Assembly (NCBI GenBank): GCA_964016885.1
Contig: OZ024740.1
Coordinates: forward strand, 87,048,001-87,112,000
Length of the DNA stretch: 64,000 nucleotides
Direction of reading: 5' to 3'
Origin: Eledone cirrhosa
Taxonomy: Eukaryota
Shown: piece by piece, positions 52,601 through 64,000 of the stretch
Layout: every line of letters starts with the position of its first letter
Numbering within the stretch: position 1 is the first letter of the stretch
Notes under the pieces: generated by a model
Seen by the model: only the letters and a program-made list of their open reading frames with translations
What the model was told of the DNA's origin: nothing
The model's database searches: none
Made by a program: the position numbers and the translations under genes

Positions 52601-54514
52601 TAAAAGATCATCAGAGATAGCAAAGCGTAACATTTGTTGAGATGTAAAGGTTTCAGCTGTTTGTTCAATAGTAAATAATCTGTAATACTGTAGATATTTT
52701 TTTTTCCTTTTTATACAAGTAGTACCTTTGTCTTTTTACATGTATAAAAATTGGCAATGCTTCACTAAATCAGAGCTGCTAGAAATTTTTAAATAAGAGA
52801 CAGATGAAGACAATGTTCTTGAACTACTGCAGTAGAAAAAAAAAAAAAAAAAAAATCATGAACATCAGTGAAGTCAAAGGGCTGATATTCTGGGAAGAAA
52901 GGATTGGCAAACATAGCTACATATACCATTGTTGATTCCCCTTGAGCTTTGTACAGAATTAGCAAATACTTTATTTTCTTCAACAGTTAGTCATTGGAAT
53001 GCAGCTTTTTGTTATGCTGTTGATGTGAGATAGTTAAGAAAGATCATCAGTGATTGTAAGGCCTATAAGTTTGAATTATATTTCATTTCATAATTAAATT
53101 ATTTGTTTTCCTTATAATTTCATTATAAAAAATGTTTATAATAAAATTTTAAACAATTTTTATCCTTGGCACATAAGCAGAAAATATAATCATTTTTGTG
53201 AAATAATAAAACTGTCTATGGAAGGTTACAGTGGAGTGAAGAATGGTATCATCTCTATACGAGTGGGTGTGGTTGAAGATGACGTCAATTAGGTAATTGC
53301 TGTACAGGATGAAGAGTATGGAGAATTTAATCAATGCTGGTGATAGAGTGAGGGTCAGAAAACAGCTCTATCAGCAAACACTGTGATGATGTGATCTGAC
53401 AGGAAGCTCTGGAGCCAAAAATTGGAAGGATGCCAGAGAACGTGCATGCCAGATATGGTTGAATGTTTCAAATTTGTTTGCTATGGTCAAGTGTTTCAAC
53501 AATATTTTTGATAAATTGTTCAACCAAATCTCCCTCAAATAACACTCCACTGTCTTTAATAATAATGACAATAATAATAAATAATAATAGTAATAATAAT
53601 AATAATAATAATGATGATTATGATACAGATCTATTCAATCAAGTTTGACTCAAGATAAGATATGAGAAACAGTAATATATGTTTAAGACATTTTCTGAGG
53701 AGTGATCCTCAAACAAAAAAATGTTGTTATGCAGAATAATGATTAATTTGGTATAAATTTCAATTAGTATACACGCCATATCCTATAAAAGTTTCTCTTC
53801 TTGCTCTCTCACAGTAACATATTATTTTGTGAGAGTTCAGATATTGCTATCACCCCTGCCTCAAATTAGTCAAATGAATACATAACACCAGTGGCTAGAA
53901 CACAGCATTGAATTATTGTCAGATTGATATACTAATGTGTGTTTTCATGAAAATCTCTGTATTCATTCCCAATTTAAAAAAGTAATTTTTATGGAATACA
54001 ATGTCTTTACTCTCATAGAATATCTAAAGTTTGGAATCCTACTGATGGAAATCCAACAAAAAGAAACATGTATTTGCGATTAAAAATTTGGGATTTTATA
54101 TTACCTTTTTGATAAAAAATAAAATAAAAGAAATACACAAAAGAAAATATATAATTCCACGGTCAGATAATAATGTTCAGAATCTGGTAGTTGTTTTCCC
54201 ATACACAACGAAAAATCAGATGGACCAATCAGAATGAAGCTTTTCAATTTTTATGTTGTTTTCAAACAATAATGGTAACATTAATTAAGGGATTATTGAA
54301 CATGAGCTAAGTAATGTTTTCTATATGAAAATGAGCAGTTGTTACTGAACATCATAGTCACAAAGATTCTGAAAATGTAGTCCATTTCATACTTGCACAG
54401 TGTTGCCAAAATCTATGAGAAGACACATAGTTCTAAGCATATAAATATACTCCAGTATACTTATTGGTTAACTTAATGGTATCATCCTGTTTGTTATTTA
54501 ATTCTGAACAGGGA
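49644..54514. repeat. Long inverted duplication: arms 49644-50269 and 53892-54514
   Basis: ~625-bp arms identical except for a handful of differences (by eye); ~3.6-kb spacer. Confidence 0.92.
53150..53560 (-). mobile_element. Highly degenerate CR1/Jockey-like RT fragment
   Basis: FNHIWH, LF.LY.NYL and SYRDDTILH (YADD-like) motifs in expected order. Confidence 0.5.
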
Positions 54515-56549
54515 ATTATTGTATATGATTTCTTAACTATCTGTCCTATCTTTACTTTTTCCCAAGATAGCTAGTGGCAAACTCTTGATAATTGGAGATG
54601 TTACACATAAAAAAAAAGTCTCATACAAGGCATCTACTGAAAATATCTGAGTTTGGAAGCCTCCTATATGTTATTCCAAAATTGATATATATAGCTTTTG
54701 AATGACTTACATTAATGGAGGTATTTTACAGACTTGAAGGAAATATATATTTATCTTATGAATACAGGATTTAAACCAGGAGCTATAGCTTGTCTTAAAC
54801 AAAACACTTTCAAGGTGTCTGATGCAGGCAACAACAGTAATAGAAGTAACAGCAATAAAGGATAGTGGGAATAGTGGTTGATTAGAAGCAAAATAGTTGA
54901 TAAACGTAAAACCCAAATTGATTTTCTTTACTTTCAGTAGAAGTATATATTCTTAAATACATATTATAAGTATGACTGAGTAAGAATTTTGGGGGTTTTC
55001 ATGCTAGAAATATTCTAAATAAATTATAAGTATTTTTTTTTAATCCTTGCTACACAAACACAAAACATTATTATTCTTGTGAAATAATATGATGATGACT
55101 TTTTTCTATACATAATGTCCTATTAAAGTACTTGATAATAAAAAGAAAACAATTACTTCAGAAAAGAGATGATGGCAACAACAAGATCAATAATACTGAT
55201 AATGATGATGGTGGTGGTGGTGGTGAAAGTAATAGTAGTTCAAATATAAAGAAACTAAGATATCTTCCAAAATACTGATATATTATAAACAATAAAATAA
55301 TATTTTTAAATTGTTATATTTTTTGTTTTTTTGTTCATTTTCACATTGATGTTCGCAGTTGAAATTATGTTTTCTACTGTACTACTGTAGACAAATACAT
55401 GTGTAAATTTGTCAATGTATTGACATGTAAAAAGTAAATACATGCTTTAAGGCTGAAACTAACATGATTATATAAAACATTATGCAATAATTTTGAACTT
55501 GCATGTTTCAGATGTTTTTGAACTATTTGAGAACACATATGTAAAGATGTGTATGAACATGTGTGTAGTTGCATTTTTATTTTATGAAAATTAGAAAACA
55601 TAAAAGCCGAATTATACAGTAGAATATTAATAAAAATTGTTGCCATTTTATGCAAACACGTTTCTATCAATGATTATTATCAAAGATATATTTTAGAATT
55701 CTTTTTATTTTTGTAATTTTAAGAAATATACAGCATGATACACAATGTTATATATATCTCATCATCATCGTTTAATGTCCATCTTCAACGCTAGCATAGG
55801 TTGGACGGGTTTGTCCCATTTGAGGCAAGATTGATCGGGTGACCATGTCTCGCTCATATAGAACTGTTTCTGGCATGTTTTCTATGGCTGAATGCCCGTC
55901 CTAACGCCAACCACATTTACAGTGTGAACTGGGAGCCTTTTTACCGTGTCTCCTACACGACCACTTTACAGTGTGGATTGGATGTTCTGTGGTACCAACA
56001 TAACTTTACAGAGAAAGGGTAGTGTGGGGGGAAGGGAGAGGATGGAATAGGGTGTGTGGGGTGGTGTGTGTGTGTATATATATATAATAATGCAAAAACA
56101 ACAACAAAAACATAACAGTTATGATTGAGGCTAGAGGTCGAAACTTAGGAAATCTTAGAATTAAGGAACCAATTATCATTAACAAATTCACACCACACAT
56201 TAACAGCAGATCAGAACTTAACACAATTCCTAACTTAACCAACCCCACACACCACCAACTAATTAGATCTCAGCACACAATACATAAACAAAACACTAAA
56301 CATACAACACATTTAACATGAAAACGCACAGCACATTAATGGCAAGCTGCAGCCTGGCACAGGATACCCATTTGCCTATCGGAACTCAACATACAACACT
56401 GCCTCTGGTTAGTAACAGTGTATGGCATACACATGTCTGCATGTGTGCAGATGCATCATTCCTTGACTCATATAAAGGTGTATTTGTGTGTGCATGTATG
56501 TATGGTGATTGCTTTAGCCCCATGCACTCCTAACAACAATCACCAACTC

Positions 56550-57045
56550 CAAACATCCGTCCATGGCCTCTTAGGTGGCTTTTAAGTCCAGCATTAGATT
56601 TTCAGGGTTTGCAGCAAATGTGACAGACAAAAGATGCGCCCTCTATTGGATTGATTGGGTCAGTTTATGGGATGTCATCTTTATGTACCGTCATATGCCT
56701 TTTGAGACAAGAGATTGATTTGCAGATCGTTTTGCACACCACACGTTGTTTCACCTAGCATTGGAGGGATAAAGCTGCATACAGTTGGCTTTTTATTTGA
56801 TTTTAAATGAGTGATGTACCCAGATTTAGAGAGCAGTAGATGACCACACACCTCACAAATCCAGCTGCCTATGTTCTTACTGAGGTTCATATTGTGGTCT
56901 TTTTAAAGCTGACATTTAAGTTTTTCATGGTCAAGACGTCTCTTTTCAAACATTCTGCAGCCTTCCTTCACATGTCCTCTCCATTTACCCCTCTTTAAAG
57001 AAGCACTTCCCAATTCTGAACTTCAAACTGTAGTTCTTTAAGACT
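56550..57045 (-). mobile_element. Degenerate RTE/BovB-like 3' end
   Basis: R.KWRGHVKEGCRMFEKRR followed by C-terminal zinc finger CEVCG...SKSGYITHLKS. Confidence 0.6.
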
Positions 57046-57179
57046 GAATATATGCAAGAGCTATAACACACACAAAATACCCATTGCATAACAATAAAAT
57101 ACCCATTATATAATTATACCTGCATTTGGTCCAGAAACATATATTAAATAATAACAATAAATAAATATAAATATCTGTA

Positions 57180-57830
57180 AATTAAGCCCCCATATTAACT
57201 GTAAAACTAGAAATGTAGTATATAGCATAAGATGTACTGAAGGACAATGTAGAGATAAGAATATAGTGTTCATAGGTGAGACAGCTCGTAGTGTAGGGGA
57301 ACGGATAAATGAACAGTGGTGAGAGCTTCAAGATAGTAAAGAATCATCTGTACTCTACCAACATGCTAAAATAGAACATAAGGGTAAATTAGAGAACATA
57401 GAAATAAAAATAGAATCTACACACAGAAAAGACGCAATGTTTAGACAAATCACAGAGGCAATAAACATAAATGAACTCCAACCAAAATTAAATAGAAAAC
57501 ATGAATGGAACAGCAACATCACAATTTACAATTAAGGACAAAATGAAAACACACACGCACATAGAACAAACAACCAACCAGTAACATGTAAATAAACAAA
57601 TAAATAAACAAATATAAACACACACAGACACTCGGATGTAACACATGCGCAAACTAAGCACACAACACACACAAAAACAAGATGGCATAGGACAGAACAA
57701 AGGAGAGGAACAAAACCAAAGAAAAGAATCCCCAGTCACTGAAGAGGTCACAGAATGTGTGACGAAAGAACTTTGACAATATATAAACAATCATCTGGTT
57801 GTGGAACCAACCAACCAACTGTAAATTTAT
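57180..57830 (+). mobile_element. Penelope-like element 3' fragment: GIY-YIG endonuclease relic plus terminal-repeat region
   Basis: From 57200: CKTRNVVYSIRCTEGQCRDKNIVFIGETARSVGERINEQW*...SVLYQHAKIEHKG...FRQITEAININELQPKLNRKHEW; hammerhead fold downstream. Confidence 0.85.
57735..57777 (+). ncRNA. Minimal type I hammerhead ribozyme fold, Penelope-associated
   Basis: GUCA-CUGAAGA-G-GUCACA(GAAUG)UGUGAC-GAAA-GAAC-UU-UGAC, about 220 nt downstream of the GIY-YIG relic. Confidence 0.75.
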
Positions 57831-58841
57831 AAATTCCTAAATTTATAAATTTATTATAATAAATTGAAGTGAAAGCAACTGGTGCGTGTGTTTCTTATTG
57901 GCAACATGACCCTCCCAAAGCATAACAATAAATAAATAAATATATAAAATAAGTAAATACAATATTAATAAATTAATAAATACAATATTAAATTCAAAAA
58001 AGTAAAAATGCACACACACATATAGACGTTAACACGTTAACAGCTAGTAACTGCATAAGCAGAAAGAAAAGATGGCACATACAAGCTAAAACTTTTTTCT
58101 CTATTTTCCAAAGATTTTGACTTCTGATGAGGAGATTTTATCTCAAAAATTAAGGTCATATTTGAATTAAGAGCAGGCAACACAGAGCATCTTTGTTACC
58201 TTCTTTTATCTTAATTTGTACCACACCTGTCATACTGTTGCAGTCTCCGAATTACATACCTTCTTATATATCAACTTCTAATGATTGAGTTAGTCAAATG
58301 CTTATAAAGATGCAAATAAATAATTCCCCTTAACTTACTGTCTCCTTTCTACAATGCAGAGGAAGCTACAGTGACCTAGTATTTAGAGTAGCATATATAC
58401 ACACAACTACTCCTACTTCTAGCTAGTGGTCATGGTATGTATCTAGTCAGACCTCCTGGACTATCCTGTGTTGTTTTTGGACAAGTGCTCGAGACATTTT
58501 TGCTAATTTCAGAGTTATTTTGTAACTGACTGTTAAATATGCACTTAATCATCTAACTGCAAATATCAGTTTGGCTACAATGCGTATAGATAGATATCAA
58601 TATTCTAATATTTAAAGTTTATTAATTGGTTGATATTAATTTTATTAATTTTGTTATTTATTTTATTAATTGCTTTGATCAATAATTGCCATCCCACTGC
58701 TAAAGCAAAAGGAATATGCTCTTATTTTGTAAAATTATTCCAGATATCATTGAGCAAGTTAGGAAATGGCATGATTCACATGATATGCAAAGCATTGAGG
58801 TGTCATGTGGTTTTGTAAAACCTATCTATATATTTACACAC

Positions 58842-58909
<68 letters not shown>

Positions 58910-59968
58910 TATATATATATATATATATAATTGTTTCTACTTTTGGCATTACTGGTACTTTATTTTATCGACCCTGTAAGGATGAAAGGCAAAGTTAACC
59001 TCGGCGGGATTTGAACTCAGAATGGCAAGGGCCGTAACTCTATGCGTCAAAGCATGTCGTTTGACCCTCTATCGATACTGCCAATCCACCACCTTATATA
59101 TAATGAAGTGGCAAATTTGAAGAGCTGTCATTATGATATTCATTTTAGTCCTCTACAAACTGATTTGAAATCCCGCTGAAGTCAACTTTGTCTTTCATTC
59201 TTTTTGGATTGATAGATACCAGTCCAATTCCAAAGTGGATTTTTCTTCTTACTGATTATCTTTCTTCGCCTCTCTCTTTCTCTCTGTGAAAGAAATCTGC
59301 TGTGCTCTATCCTGGAGAAAGATATATATATTATGGTAAAAGTCTGACTGAGAGTTCTGCCAACATCTTCAGGGAAATGAAGAAGCTTAGAGAGATTACA
59401 AGCCATCATAAATTTACCTCATCAAATAATATACAGACTTTGTATCTCATGCATTGAATACTATGTTGGTTTCTGGTCTTCCCAGTCTTTACACCACAGA
59501 CACTCCATATATATATTTATATATATATATATATGATGATTATATATATGAGAGAGAGTGTCAGTGGTGTTGAGACTGAGGAGACCACTAATCTCAGGAG
59601 TACTCATTACATGTGGAGATGCAGAGTGGGTATAGAGATATGTAAAATCCCAACTGCATGTTGCCGTGGTCAGGATTTCACATATCTACATATATATATA
59701 TAATTTACCAACATCATATATTTACAGTTTTGTGATGACTCATGAAACAGTACATTACATATTCCATTTGTAAAATAATGACTCATGTACTATTATGATA
59801 TGATTATTTCTCAAAATACACCAGGGATTTAAGTAAAATATCTACTAGATTGCACACTGAACATGGTTCAATGCTATAGAACTTTCTTTCCTCTTGACTT
59901 AGCTGAACAAAAAATAAACAATATGAGTCATATTCATTAAAATAAAATACATATTTTGCAAGCTGATT

Positions 59969-59999
<31 letters not shown>

Positions 60000-60570
60000 C
60001 ATCATCATTTTTACATCTGCTTTTCCATGCTTGCATTGGTTGGACAGGTCCTTCTCAGCGTGGCATCTCTCCTCACGTCTTGATTCTTTGTTAACTCCTC
60101 TGTGAGTCCCAGTAATTTGAGATCAGCTAACACAACCTCTGCCCAGGTCTTTCATGGTCTACCTCTACTGCAACTTCCTTCCACTGGCATTTCTTAATAT
60201 TTCTTTAATCAACAATCATGGTTCATGTGCATCACATGTCCAAACCAATGCAGGCTTCTCTCCTGCACATCACCTCGGATTCCTCTTAAACTCAGCTTCT
60301 CCTTCAAATCATCAAAGCTCTGCCTTTCTGTCACACTTATACTGCACATCTAATGGAGTATGGTTGCATCATTTCTCTCCAGTCACAGCTTATGTTTCAC
60401 TACTATGCAGCATCACACTTTGCACACAGGTTTCATACAGTCATTCTTTTGTACGTATAGAGAAACCTTTTGTGGGCAACAGTGAGGCTAGCTCTTATGA
60501 TCTTAGAGCCCCCTCCTCCATTGCTAATTACGTCACCTAGATAAAAGCTTTCAACCACTTCTCTGGGTCC
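60000..60570 (-). mobile_element. Degenerate RTE 3' fragment with (GAT)n tail
   Basis: Reverse strand shows decayed F.YLGD, RLYETCVQSVMLHSSET, GRP.KTWAEVV and the standard tail. Confidence 0.75.
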
Positions 60571-60601
60571 TTCCTGCGACTATATATATATATATATATA
60601 A

Positions 60602-60795
60602 TAATTATAATAAAATAACAGGAGGCTGGACTTGTGTAAATCCTTGAAAGGTTTATTATACTATGATCATTTCAATGACCGGGTTCCGTATGAATCCGGT
60701 GATATCATCAGGTATTCAAAATATTTAAATGATCATAGTATAATGAACCTTTCAAGGATTTACACAAGTCCAGCCTCCTGTTATTTTATTATAAT
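60602..60795. repeat. Hairpin with ~70-bp arms enclosing a hammerhead core
   Basis: 60602-60672 matches reverse complement of 60727-60795. Confidence 0.9.
60658..60715 (-). ncRNA. Minimal type I hammerhead ribozyme fold with palindromic stem III
   Basis: AUAC-CUGAUGA-[UAUCACCGGAUUC(AUACG)GAACCCGGUCAUU]-GAAA-UGAUCA-UA-GUAU; closing pair of stem II mismatched. Confidence 0.65.
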
Positions 60796-60928
60796 AATTA
60801 ACTCCGTACTCGCACCACCAACTACAGAAACAAAGACGGGTGAGCTGCATTACATTGAGTATTCTCCATAATATTACATTGAGATGACCATACGGAATGA
60901 CCAATTCTATCCAGTGGTGAACCAACTA

Positions 60929-61019
<91 letters not shown>

Positions 61020-61023
<4 letters not shown>

Positions 61024-61355
61024 AAAGTTGTGCCAGAGGCTTTTGGGGAAACTCTCCCTACAATCTCATGAAGCAACTTTCAGTCTCTGGGAAGACCAGG
61101 ACCAAGTCCTAAGGGCAATATCTGAGACAGTGCATTGTTCACAACAGGAAAAACCTGTCTAAACCATTCTAGCATGGAAGAATGTATGTAAAACAGTGAT
61201 GATGATGATGATGATATGTATATATGTGTGCGAGTGTGTGTGTATAAAAGTTGTGCCAGAGGCTTTTGGGGAAACTCTCCCTACAATCTCATGAAGCAAC
61301 TTTCAGTCTCTGGGAAGACCAGGACCAAGTCCTAAGGGCAATATCTGAGACAGTG
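61020..61355 (+). repeat. 113-bp direct repeat flanking a short RTE-type tail
   Basis: 61020-61132 equals 61243-61355; intervening 61133-61215 is the (GAT)n-tailed 3' end. Confidence 0.9.
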
Positions 61356-62753
61356 GAAAGGAGTTCCAACTGGATCATCAACTCTATACTTTATACCTGT
61401 GAAGTCCTAAAGTCACAAGTTAAAAAAAATCAATAGTGTAAACAAGTATAAAGTGATATAGCAATTGAGTATATCTTTGGATAACTAAAGCTATCATTTT
61501 TGTATCACAGATTACTAACATCTAAATTAAGTACTATAATGAAAGGTTAAAAAAAATATATATATATATATAAATAAATACTTAAGTTCATGAAATATAG
61601 GTACTGATAAAAAGAAAAAAAAAGGAAAAATTAAAGAAAACAAAAGATAAATCCATAAGAAATAGTGGCAGATTATCTACCCAGATTTGAAGTTGCTTTG
61701 ACAAGTATTCTTTAATCATGGGGTAGCTTTATCAGTTTCATTAATATTTTATTCTCTAATTGTTTGTTTCTAACAATCATCTCACTGACTTAAAAAGTAA
61801 ACACAGAGAACAAAAATATATAATGTAACTTGATTAAATCAGGAACTTTAACAATAAATTAATAAAACAAATCTATTTTGTAAATGTCACTGAGTGGAGA
61901 GAGGTTTAGCACCATATTTGTAAAGACAATGAGTAACAAAACATAGTTCTGATTATTAATTTAGAAATGCAGTAGACTGTCAGAGAAACACACAGATTCT
62001 GCTACATACTGGAAAATAGTAGCAGACTTGTTTTCTGTATGTATTAATGTGACAATGATAAGTAGTTGGCTGTATACTACAAAGAATGATTGCTATAAAA
62101 GTCCGCTTCAGAGATGTTGAGATGATTACAACATAATTAAAATACATAGTAAAGCAGCAATTACAAATAGTAGCTTCTCTTAATCTACAAATCATTTCTC
62201 ATGCTAAAATCAGTACTATTATAATGATACTATGTTTTTTTTAGGATTAGCTTAGATATATCTGCCTGTGTGCATCAAGTGCTACTATACTATACAAACA
62301 TTTTTTTATGACAAAATAGATGTGAAAACATCTACATTTGATATTGTGTCCTTTTTTCCTGTTTCTATGTATTAATATCCAGTCACTCATTGATAGTATA
62401 TCATCACCATTGTTTTTATGACAATTTTGGTTAAGATAAACATATATCGAAAACACAGGATCAAGATCTCTGCCATTATGGAGCAATACAGAAGACCTGC
62501 CTTCTCATGTGAATGGGTTGAAGCATACATCTTGTACGCACTATTTTCTCCCTCCCCCTTCCCCACACCTTCATGCCCTAACAACCCTTCCCCTCTTGAA
62601 AACCTGCCCAAACAAATCCTGTATGAGCAAGTCATGGTCATCAGACCTGGTTTGTCTCACAACAGGGCAACTCGTCCAAACCATGCTAGTGTGGAAAATG
62701 GATGTTAAATGGGGATGATGATGATTTTATATATATATATATATATATATATA

Positions 62754-63031
62754 ATTATAATAGAATAAAAAAGAAAAACGAACAGATCATCATCATCATC
62801 TTCGTTTAACGTCCATTTTCCACGCTAGCATGGATATATATGTGTTCAAATCGTAAGGGACCTGATTCGCTAAGGTGAAGTATTTATTTTCTTAATTTTT
62901 TATTAAATTGAGACAAGCGAACCCAATTGTCTACAGTTAGTATTCTTTTCACCTTAGCGAATCAGGTCCCTTACGATTTGAACACATATATGTATATATC
63001 TGTTCGTTTTTCTTTTTTATTCTATTATAAT
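62754..63031. repeat. Inverted repeat with ~80-bp arms; left arm interrupted by a SINE tail
   Basis: 62754-62788 plus 62834-62879 matches reverse complement of 62948-63031. Confidence 0.85.
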
Positions 63032-63113
63032 ATACGGCTCAAAAATATCTCTTTCTTAGAGCTATTTTATTGTAAGAGACTATTTTAAGTTCCCAACTCA
63101 ATATATACCTTTG

Positions 63114-63178
<65 letters not shown>

Positions 63179-63276
63179 ATCATTGTTTTTCACATCCATT
63201 CTTTGATGATGGCATGGGTAGGCTGGGTTGTTTTAATATATTGTACAACCAGATGCTCTTCCTGATATAGGTATAC

Positions 63277-63329
<53 letters not shown>

Positions 63330-64000
63330 CAAACAGTTTCCAGCCACCAATATAATTCTCACCAGAACTGAAGCTACAGTAGAAGACACTTGCTGAAAGC
63401 ATCATGAAGTGGTATAGAGCCTGAAACCACCTGGCTGCAAAGAAAACTTCTTCATCACATCTGTCTACACACACACACATACATATACAAACACATGTAC
63501 ATATACACAAAAATACATATGTAAAATTTGAGAATTTTTTCTGAATTTTTAAGGTATCATCAAAGAACAATCCATTATTTCAACAATGGAGTAAAAAAAA
63601 TAATCCTTCTCATACTGGAGGTTATTAATGATATTGTTGAAGAATATATGAAAACAACTAAGATTTATTGAACTATTGCAGCTCTGTTTGTTTATATAGC
63701 TACCATCACACCTAAGCAACTCCTAGGTGATACCTGTAGTGCATGAGGTAAGGATATTACCTAATATAAACCTCTCTGGTGGACAACAAAACTGAACAAG
63801 GGATCAAAAATGTTCACTAGAATATTCCATAAAAATAGCTATTTAGATACTATCATAAAATATGTTTGTTTATTAGTCAGAGACAATATCTACCAGCATT
63901 GAAGAATGTTGAACTGGTGAGATCATTGTTGATGTATGACTAGAACTTTTGTGGATCCTGATGATTATTACTCTCATTATTTTACATTCTTTTTGGGTGG

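Overview
AT-rich, microsatellite-dense animal genomic DNA. The repeat content (RTE LINEs with (GAT)n tails, tRNA-derived SINEs, long (TA)n/(CA)n tracts, a C2H2 zinc-finger relic) suggests an octopus or other cephalopod, which is inference. The window is mostly intron of one minus-strand gene for a multi-Ig-domain adhesion protein of the nephrin/SYG-2 type. Five phase-1/phase-1 exons can be read (39882-39703, 30358-30032, 21892-21602, 16876-16577, 13554-13429); I found no 5' or 3' exons in the window. The introns hold several RTE LINE copies, a nearly intact DD37D (maT) Tc1/mariner transposon, CRE-, CR1/Jockey- and Penelope-like relics, several SINE families and MITEs. Main observations: (1) four type-I hammerhead ribozyme folds, one sense to the pre-mRNA with stem III built from a (TA)8 microsatellite; (2) a C4HC3 PHD-type finger inside the RT domain of three RTE subfamilies; (3) many long inverted repeats, including a SINE pair bracketing one exon and a near-perfect ~625-bp inverted duplication; (4) RTE copies whose 3' end repeats the RTE 5'-UTR motif. 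All alignments and folds were done by eye, and repeat boundaries are approximate.
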